From assembly GCA_020057885.1 (NCBI GenBank), contig JAGVEX010000019.1, forward strand, positions 84,045 to 148,044: a stretch of 64,000 bases of DNA, in the 5' to 3' direction. Positions 40,400-47,829 of this stretch are shown here, in pieces (position 1 is the first letter of the stretch; every line of letters begins with the position of its first letter). The DNA comes from a bacterium. Lineage in GTDB: Bacteria; Patescibacteriota; Patescibacteriia; Veblenbacterales; UBA10138. The notes under the pieces are model-generated. The model did no database searches. It saw only the letters and a program-made list of their open reading frames with translations, and was not told the origin of the DNA. A program made the translations under genes and the position numbers.

Positions 40400-40510
40400 A
40401 TATAAATTATAGCATATTTTAATTGTTTTTACAACCTTTGCGGCTTTTACCACTACTTACAATACACGCGCAAAAATCCAAAACCTAAATCACTTTAAAT
40501 TATCAACATT

Positions 40511-40538
40511 ACACATTGTGACGGCCGTCAAAAAGTGT
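40511..40538. repeat. CGGCCG-core palindrome, left of PaaX-like gene 1
   Basis: ACACATTG-TGACGGCCGTCA-AAAAGTGT. Confidence 0.8.
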
Positions 40539-40589
40539 TATATTGATTAAAGGAATATATTGTTAACAATATTAATGATAATTAATTTT

Positions 40590-41108
40590 ATGGAACAACT
40601 AAGTCTAACAAAACAAATCCTTCTTACCTTACTCGATGGGGCTTCTGAATTAAGAGGCATGCATAAAAATATGAGACTTATATCTCCTTTTCGCGGCATA
40701 ACCAAAACGCCAAATTATTATGTATCGCTTGGACGACTCAAACGGCGTGGTTACATAAAACAAATAAATAATAACTATTATTTAACTTTACAGGGCAAAC
40801 AATTAGCGCAACATTTACTTGTCAGACAAGCTCTTAAGATAAAAAGCCAACGTTGGGACGGGCAATGGCGTATGGTGTGTTTTGATATTCCAGAAAAATT
40901 AAGACGCGAACGAGCGGCTTTACGCAATTTTCTTTATCGTTCCGGATTTCGAAAATTACAAGAAAGTGTCTGGCTAACACCATATGACGTAATAAAAGAA
41001 GCTGTTGACACATGGAAAGAACTTGGGCTGGCGCCTTATGTTCGCACAGCGCTTATAAAATCGCTTGATAACGAAATTGAATTTAAAAAACTATTTAAAC
41101 TCACCTAA
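40590..41108 (+). CDS. PaaX-like protein 1 (wHTH + Cas2/VapD-like ferredoxin domain)
   Basis: LGRLKRRGYI..YYLTLQG (wHTH); WDGQWRMVCFDIPE..R..LR..L...GF.KLQESVW. Confidence 0.8.
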   Translation: MEQLSLTKQILLTLLDGASELRGMHKNMRLISPFRGITKTPNYYVSLGRLKRRGYIKQINNNYYLTLQGKQLAQHLLVRQALKIKSQRWDGQWRMVCFDIPEKLRRERAALRNFLYRSGFRKLQESVWLTPYDVIKEAVDTWKELGLAPYVRTALIKSLDNEIEFKKLFKLT

Positions 41109-41203
41109 ATCACGACGGTCGTTATTAAATTTTAAGTAAATTAAAACAACTTACTTAATATTAAGTAAGTTGTTAATAAATTTATAACTTTTTTATCTAT
41201 CTA

Positions 41204-41231
41204 ACACTTTTGGTCGGTCGACCAAAAGTGT
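41204..41231. repeat. Palindrome with CGGTCG core variant, right of PaaX-like gene 1
   Basis: ACACTTTT-GGTCGGTCGACC-AAAAGTGT. Confidence 0.8.
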
Positions 41232-41294
41232 AAGGTTTAAAAAATAAGGGTTAATAATAGTTTAAATTAAATAAATTGTTTAGACTAAAATGTT

Positions 41295-41369
41295 CAAGCT
41301 AAAATTCCAATAGCTATTACAACACTAATTGTTAATAAAATTTTACGACGATCAATATTCTCAAACATA
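41295..41369. repeat. 75-bp direct repeat, copy 2 (truncated gene start)
   Basis: Encodes MFENIDRRKILLTISVVIAIGILA* on the minus strand, 5 bp after the upstream stop codon. Confidence 0.85.
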
Positions 41370-41373
41370 AATT

Positions 41374-42732
41374 TTATTCCTCTAACTTACTAACACAATG
41401 AGCGCCAAACTTACTCACCTTGCAATCCTTTTTACAAACATCATAATAACATAAGGCCATCTTAGGTTCAAAGCTATCACAATCACTAAATTGGGAACAG
41501 GTTTGAATAATCTCATTAACCCAAAGACTTTGAATATTATCATTACATGGCTTCCCCATAAATACAGCGTTCCAATTTGGATAGCATGCATTCAAATATA
41601 AAGCACAAGAATTGGTCACACCGCCACAATCAGCATCAGAAGTGCATATATCACCCTGTTTAAGACCACTGTCACATTTTTGAACGCGATAACTAAACTG
41701 ATTACAAAAATTAGTAAAAGACTGAATAGTGCTATCACCCCAATCAGGTAATCCATATATACTCTTGGCTATATCCATATTTATAGCCATACAGGCTTCG
41801 TTGGGATTTAAACACTCATAGTCCTCCTCAGATATACCAGTATTACCTACGCGAACGCAGCCACCCTTACCACTCTCACACGACGACCCAATACATGACT
41901 GTCCATTAATACTCTCTTTAACACCACACTTATAATGAATACTACTATCAAGTGGATCAGGGTCTGGACACCATTTTCCATATAACTCCGTTTTAACTAT
42001 ATCCATATTAAGACGAGTAAAATTAACAAGTTTAGGATTTACTAAATTAAGAAGTGTGTAAGAAATAAGAGCTAGCACTAAACCTGTGATTGCAGAAATA
42101 ATAGCGTCATTGGCATCTTTAATACGCTCTGGTGAACCAGCAGCCATAATACGCTTAAATCCGCCCCACATTACCATTACTACCGAAGCTACGGCCAACA
42201 TGGCAATAAAAAATTTGTAAAATGCCGCCAAATATCCAGGAAAACCACCACTAACAACGCTGCCGTAACCAGGAATTGGTATTTGTAAATTTATATCCGG
42301 AGTTTTTACAAAACAACGCGCTGACGGGGCCGTACAATTAGATGAATCACTTCTATCCTCATCAAAATCACCTTTCGCGCTATTACATTGCTCTTTCGTC
42401 CAACAATTATTAAAAATTGACCCCGTGTCAGTTGTTTTTGCTCCCGAAACTTTTGTACAACTATTATCCAGATAAGGTTTGCATAGCCAAGTATATACAT
42501 TATAATTTGAATTTATTCTATTTAACTCATCTGTTTTATTAATACAATCATTTGAAGACAAATTTGGAAAACATTCAGCTACTGCAGTAACATATGTTGT
42601 ATCTATAGACACCTTGTCACATCCACAAGAATCCGCCTGCGCGGGCATAGCAAAAATAAACACACCAAACATCAAAACGGCTATTTCAACTATTATTGGA
42701 ATTTTCTTTAATAAATGCATAGCTTTACTCAT
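41374..42732 (-). CDS. VirB2/TrbC-like pilin module with Cys-rich N- and C-terminal domains
   Basis: Pilin block nearly identical to that in 36369..37505; many Cys. Confidence 0.72.
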   Translation of the reverse strand: MSKAMHLLKKIPIIVEIAVLMFGVFIFAMPAQADSCGCDKVSIDTTYVTAVAECFPNLSSNDCINKTDELNRINSNYNVYTWLCKPYLDNSCTKVSGAKTTDTGSIFNNCWTKEQCNSAKGDFDEDRSDSSNCTAPSARCFVKTPDINLQIPIPGYGSVVSGGFPGYLAAFYKFFIAMLAVASVVMVMWGGFKRIMAAGSPERIKDANDAIISAITGLVLALISYTLLNLVNPKLVNFTRLNMDIVKTELYGKWCPDPDPLDSSIHYKCGVKESINGQSCIGSSCESGKGGCVRVGNTGISEEDYECLNPNEACMAINMDIAKSIYGLPDWGDSTIQSFTNFCNQFSYRVQKCDSGLKQGDICTSDADCGGVTNSCALYLNACYPNWNAVFMGKPCNDNIQSLWVNEIIQTCSQFSDCDSFEPKMALCYYDVCKKDCKVSKFGAHCVSKLEE

Positions 42733-42802
42733 TTTAACACACTTTATAGTATTAAAGCGCTAATAATCAATTTACTTAAACGCTTGCCATAATACTAAAA
42801 AA

Positions 42803-43285
42803 TCATTTAAACGGACTAAATATATCATTCGCCACAGAACATACCAAATTTAACCACTGCCCACCCAAAGCCTCGCAAATTACCTCCGGCTGATCTTTAA
42901 TAGTAATAAACAAACCAATTATTATAAACAAGATAAATAATACAAGAAAATCTATAATTATATATAACACCTTACGCCATAATGATAATTTCCAACTGGG
43001 TCTAATAATCGGCAAAACCAGTTCAGCATTAATAGTAAGAAAAATTATTATTAACGGAAACACGAGCCAAGAAAATGGCAGTAGGGCTAATTTAAAATTA
43101 TCAAGGCCTTTTTGCAGTGCTGTATCAGCCGCTTTTTGGATTAAACTAGGACCCGATCCTTTGCTGGATTCTACTTTTAGCATTTTTAAATAACCACCGC
43201 GTCGACCAGCCTCTAGGTTATCTTTCATTACCTGTTTATTATACTCTTCAGCTGATTCTTGATTATTGTTATCTTTATCGGGCAT
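42803..43285 (-). CDS. Hypothetical membrane protein of the T4SS-like operon
   Basis: Two TM helices; operonic position. Confidence 0.6.
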   Translation of the reverse strand: MPDKDNNNQESAEEYNKQVMKDNLEAGRRGGYLKMLKVESSKGSGPSLIQKAADTALQKGLDNFKLALLPFSWLVFPLIIIFLTINAELVLPIIRPSWKLSLWRKVLYIIIDFLVLFILFIIIGLFITIKDQPEVICEALGGQWLNLVCSVANDIFSPFK

Positions 43286-43377
43286 AATATTAGTGAATTA
43301 CGAATCATGAATCACGAATTAACAATTAAAAATAAATTCAGTATTCAGTATTCGTGATTCGGTATTCAAAAATCAAA

Positions 43378-43941
43378 CTACTCACTCTCCCAACTCGCGC
43401 TATCTACCAACCAATTTTCTCCTGACTTACTTAAACTAACACGCAGGGTAGCATAAGAAATTTTAACCTCACCGTCACGGGTGAATACTTCCTGGCGCTG
43501 GGTTGAGATGGTTAATTCGGCCGCGCTGTCAGTTTGTCTATCTACTTTGGCCACCAAAGCTTTGGTAGTAACACTATAAAAACCAGCTGGCTTGGTTCCG
43601 GATTTAATAATACTATTCACCCTCGTTTGAAAAGAGGGGGTTAAAATGCCTGTTAAATTCTTTAAATTTTCATAAGGCATATCGTTGGAATAGGTGCCAT
43701 AGCGTTCGGCAAAGTTAAGCGCTAAAACACGCGCCGAGAGTGTGGTATCTGTTAGTTTGGGGATCGGCTCAACAACGCCAGTTGGCGTATTTATTGTTGG
43801 TGTATTTGTTGAAACTGCTGGCTGATTAATATTTGTGTTTACATTTGTATTATTATTTTGTAACCAAAAATAAAGCCAAACCGCTAGTAAAATGACTAAA
43901 ATTATTACTAAAACTAAAAGAATTTTGGAGCGACGAGACAT
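43378..43941 (-). CDS. Bitopic protein with NTF2-like C-terminus (VirB8/TcpC-like, inferred)
   Basis: TM anchor, Asn/Thr linker, FAERYGTYS, C-terminal WLVD; follows virB4. Confidence 0.55.
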   Translation of the reverse strand: MSRRSKILLVLVIILVILLAVWLYFWLQNNNTNVNTNINQPAVSTNTPTINTPTGVVEPIPKLTDTTLSARVLALNFAERYGTYSNDMPYENLKNLTGILTPSFQTRVNSIIKSGTKPAGFYSVTTKALVAKVDRQTDSAAELTISTQRQEVFTRDGEVKISYATLRVSLSKSGENWLVDSASWESE

Positions 43942-44188
43942 AAAATAATTAATAAAAGTTAATAAAATCCTAAATCTTAAATCCTAATATCTAAATAAAT
44001 TTTAATAACAGAAAATTTAATTAAATTATTTTGTTTTTAGATTATGTTTGTAAATTTTACGCATTGGGAATTGGGAATTATTTAGGGTTTAGACATTAAG
44101 ATTTGAAATTTATATTATATTCTTTAATCCACCTGCAACAATTAATTTAATATTCTTAATTCATGGTTCGGTATTCGTGATTCTAAAA

Positions 44189-46054
44189 CTAACCAATGTC
44201 TGGCTCTTTCAGGCTTGCTTCAAATTCCTTTTTGGCTTGCTCTATTTCCAAAAGCTGACGAGGATCAGAAGTAATAAGCTGATCTTCGGTGTAAGAAGCC
44301 ACTATTTTAATAGCCGCGTGCTTAGACCCGGCAAAGAAAATGCCCTCACCCACACCACACTCCAAAAGTAAATATTTTTCTCCCTCTGTCAGTAAGAAGG
44401 TTTTTACTACTTTATCAATTCCAGCAGGAGACTGTTTGAGCAATAATTGCAAGGCTGAGTTATTAACAATTGCCTGACCATAGGGCGAGGTTAAGAAATC
44501 ATTTACATCTTGTGTAATTGTGGTAACGCCAAGATAATATTTACGACAACGCTTAACTAACGCAAAAATAAACTTGGCGCTATCTTCGTTTTGCATTAGC
44601 CACCACGCTTCATCAATAACTAAAACACGTTTTTTCATTTCTGAGCGCACTACATTCCAAATGTAATTAACGATTGTATAAATCGCAATCGGCCGTAACT
44701 CATCTTCTAAATCGCGTACAGAAAATACTACTAATTGGTTTTTTACATCCACGTTAGTGGGCCTGTTAAAAAGTCCGGCAAAAGTACCGTCGGTATATTT
44801 TTTAAGCCTCAATACCAAATCTTCGCCCCCTTGCATACCCGCGAGCACCTCTTGAAAATCAGCCATCACCGGCGACTCCACTTTGGTTAAATCGGAATTG
44901 GGCGTAATATCTTTTTTGGCATAAGTTTCTAAGAGGGCTCTATCAACCAACGAATCCTCTTGATGAGTAAGGGTGCCAAGCATTAAACGCATTAAACCTT
45001 TTAGGGTAATTACAGCGGAACGAATAATATCGCCTGTATTTACCTCGCCCACTGGCCTGGGTAAATCAAAGGGATTAATTTTAGATTCAGAATTCAAAGA
45101 AATATTAATGTAAGCACCACCCACAGCATCGGTTAAATGCTTATATTCCATTTCTGGATCAATAATAATTACATCGGTACCCATCATTAAACTACGCAAC
45201 ACTTCCAGTTTTACAGCATAGCTTTTGCCAGCGCCCGAAGTGGCAAAAACAGTCATATTGGCATTTTGCAAACTAAATCTATCAAATAAAATCAAGGAAT
45301 TATTGTGTCTATTTATACCGTATAAAATACCACTATCACTAGTTAATTCCGAGGAAATAAAAGGGAAAGAAGAAGCGGCGGGCGAACTGTTCATATTAAA
45401 GTAAACTTGTAGTTCGTCGTTGGCGAGGGGTAAGGTGGAGTTAAAGCCTTGTTCTGATTGCCAAAGAGCGCGCCGTGAATAAACCAACTTTGAACCAAGC
45501 ATGCTTTCTACTTCCTCTGTTATTTTGTCTAACTCTTTTTTATCTGGAGCATACAGAGTAAGATAAAGCCCGACTTGAAAAAAACGTTCCGTGCCTTGAG
45601 TTAAACTGTCGCGCAATTGTTCAATATCGTGCAAAGCTGTTTCGCGAATCGGGTCGCGCGGAGCGCCTTTATCATGGTCGGCCACCAGTTGGGCCTCAAT
45701 TGCACCCACACGATTACGCAGTTGTTTTAAAATGACTTCTGTTTTTACATTATAGAAAAACATACTTACATCCAAAGTCGCGTTCATATTCACAATTGGC
45801 GCAAACCAACCAACCGAGATATAGCGAGGATAAGTGAGTATAAATAAAGTACGCAAATATACGCCGTTTAACTCCACGTGTTCCGATTGAACACGAAAAG
45901 CAGCTGGTGCAATTAAATCACGCACCTTTACCGAGCCCTCGCGCAATAAGCGCTCAGCCTCTAAGAGTTCCTTTTCAGTAGCTTGCCCCAACTCTTCCAC
46001 GGGCGGAGGGGGCGGCGCTAATTCACTGGTTACTTTTGATACATCAATGGCCAT
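44189..46054 (-). CDS. virB4: VirB4/TraC-family type IV secretion ATPase
   Basis: ATSGAGKS Walker A, IIDPEMEY, INPFD, VIDEAW, RCRKY..TITQ. Confidence 0.9.
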   Translation of the reverse strand: MAIDVSKVTSELAPPPPPVEELGQATEKELLEAERLLREGSVKVRDLIAPAAFRVQSEHVELNGVYLRTLFILTYPRYISVGWFAPIVNMNATLDVSMFFYNVKTEVILKQLRNRVGAIEAQLVADHDKGAPRDPIRETALHDIEQLRDSLTQGTERFFQVGLYLTLYAPDKKELDKITEEVESMLGSKLVYSRRALWQSEQGFNSTLPLANDELQVYFNMNSSPAASSFPFISSELTSDSGILYGINRHNNSLILFDRFSLQNANMTVFATSGAGKSYAVKLEVLRSLMMGTDVIIIDPEMEYKHLTDAVGGAYINISLNSESKINPFDLPRPVGEVNTGDIIRSAVITLKGLMRLMLGTLTHQEDSLVDRALLETYAKKDITPNSDLTKVESPVMADFQEVLAGMQGGEDLVLRLKKYTDGTFAGLFNRPTNVDVKNQLVVFSVRDLEDELRPIAIYTIVNYIWNVVRSEMKKRVLVIDEAWWLMQNEDSAKFIFALVKRCRKYYLGVTTITQDVNDFLTSPYGQAIVNNSALQLLLKQSPAGIDKVVKTFLLTEGEKYLLLECGVGEGIFFAGSKHAAIKIVASYTEDQLITSDPRQLLEIEQAKKEFEASLKEPDIG

Positions 46055-46107
46055 AAAAATTTAAATCCTAAATTCGAAATCCTAAATCCTAAAAAATTAA
46101 TTTTTAA

Positions 46108-46797
46108 TTAGTTTGTTTCTACTTGCAATTTATCTAATTCGACTAATTTTTGTTGCTCTCTAATTTCGGGATTATAAGTTGTATAATAAAGCTCAATCAA
46201 ACTTTGCGTATCCAGCCTAACCGCTTTTACACCCATAGAAGATAAGCCCGATTGAATATATCCGGTGCGCCTATCCAAAGCCTCGGCGTAACGGTTAAAA
46301 TCGGTACGCGATAATTTTACTGAATAAGCCGCGGAAAAAATTGAAGTAAAGCGTCTAAAAAAAGAACGCCGTTTATCTGACCTGTGGTCATATGTTACCA
46401 CCACATAAAACCGTTTGGTCATAATATCACCTAAACTAATAAGCTCGCGAATATAAGCGAGATACTCTGTAATTTGCACGCGTAAAAGTTCGTTAGTTTG
46501 TTGTTTTTGTAAAGCCTCCAAATTAGTCAAATATTTATCTATATTAAGTTTACGCGATTGAATAACTATCTGTAGAGGAGAATCCAAAGAATTAAGAAAA
46601 TTAATATAGGCCTGAATAGTGGCATTTTGTTCATCTTCACTTTTAAGCGCAAAATTAACCGAGGAACACAAAAACACCGAGCGCAGAGTGCCATCTTTCA
46701 TCACCACACAATTATCGTGAATTTCGGCAATATCTAAATACGAACTGGTAGGCGGACCGGCTTTGGCTTTTTTTGGTTTAGTTTCAGTTTTGGACAT
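46108..46797 (-). CDS. VirB4-associated conserved protein (TraC/VirB4 N-terminal-like)
   Basis: VNFALKSEDEQ..FLNSL..LQIVIQSR, KRFYVV, LIELYYTTYNP; lies between prgI and virB4. Confidence 0.7.
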   Translation of the reverse strand: MSKTETKPKKAKAGPPTSSYLDIAEIHDNCVVMKDGTLRSVFLCSSVNFALKSEDEQNATIQAYINFLNSLDSPLQIVIQSRKLNIDKYLTNLEALQKQQTNELLRVQITEYLAYIRELISLGDIMTKRFYVVVTYDHRSDKRRSFFRRFTSIFSAAYSVKLSRTDFNRYAEALDRRTGYIQSGLSSMGVKAVRLDTQSLIELYYTTYNPEIREQQKLVELDKLQVETN

Positions 46798-46962
46798 AAA
46801 ATATAAATTAAATCCTAAATTCTAAATCCTAATATCTAAATAAATTCCAATACCAAAAACCAATTTAATTATTTTTAGATTACACTTATCAATTTTACAC
46901 ATTGGGAATTGGGAATTATTTAAGATTTAGACATTAAGATTTAAGGCTTAACTAACATATCT

Positions 46963-47418
46963 TTACTCTTCGCTCTTACTAACTTCATCTTCTTCTGGCT
47001 TATAGGCTCCTCCTGTATCCACTAATAAAGTAAGTTGTTGTAAACGTGATTGTTGCAAAAGCGGCTTAGTGCGGCCACTAGCAGTGGCTACTATGGGAAT
47101 TGACTTATGAATAGATTCTTGCAAATCATCAGTGCTAATAACTTTTTGCCACACGCGGAGTTTGGGTTTTTTTAAGGTTTGTATGAGGTTAAACAAAAAG
47201 TAATGAAATGGCATACCGTTAAATTTCACAAACGCAAACATAATACCTATGCCAACTGTTATCACTGTCTCCAGAACAAACCAACCAAAAGCCGCTAATT
47301 TAAACTCCAAAAAAATAACAAAACCAACCAGCATTATAATTATAAACTGACGTATGGTAAGAGGACCGATTATTTTATCCTCGACGTCTATAAATTGTGG
47401 CACGACAATTTGCTGCAT
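46963..47418 (-). CDS. PrgI-family (VirB3-like) protein
   Basis: VPQFIDVEDKIIGPLTIRQF followed by two TM helices. Confidence 0.85.
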   Translation of the reverse strand: MQQIVVPQFIDVEDKIIGPLTIRQFIIIMLVGFVIFLEFKLAAFGWFVLETVITVGIGIMFAFVKFNGMPFHYFLFNLIQTLKKPKLRVWQKVISTDDLQESIHKSIPIVATASGRTKPLLQQSRLQQLTLLVDTGGAYKPEEDEVSKSEE

Positions 47419-47458
47419 AGGTGAAAGTAAGTGTAAGAGTATTGAGTAAGAGTAAAAA

Positions 47459-47803
47459 TTAATTAGCCATTAAACCAGTTAACATGCGAGCTATTTCTTC
47501 ACTTTGTTGATAAATGATATCAAATCTAGGTTGCGTTATAAGTGATTTATCTACTAGCAACATACTTACGTTGATAACTTCATAAACTGAACCTTTGGCA
47601 ATATTGTAAAAATTATTTGCTTCTTTTTTAGATTTTCTGCCACTACCCTCAGCAATGTTATTAGGCACCGAAATAGCTGCTCTAATTAAATTATTGCCTA
47701 TAGTATAACGATAATCATTTGGTAATTTTTTAACGTCATCTATTATGTCGCTACAAAACCTTTGTGATTTTTTCCATACTTCTAAGGTTTCAAATTTAAA
47801 CAT
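47459..47803 (-). CDS. Four-helix-bundle protein (23S rRNA IVS protein / Avd-like family)
   Basis: FETLEVWKKS..LP..Y....LIRAAISVPNNIAEGSGR...F..IAKGS..E. Confidence 0.9.
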   Translation of the reverse strand: MFKFETLEVWKKSQRFCSDIIDDVKKLPNDYRYTIGNNLIRAAISVPNNIAEGSGRKSKKEANNFYNIAKGSVYEVINVSMLLVDKSLITQPRFDIIYQQSEEIARMLTGLMAN

Positions 47804-47829
47804 ACTCTTACTCTTAACTCTTACTCTTA

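Noticed and set aside
47459-47803. Diversity-generating retroelement suggested by the Avd-like gene
   Set aside because: No reverse transcriptase in the window; mismatches in the duplicated segments I compared (40457 vs 63513; 39450 vs 41295) are not adenine-specific
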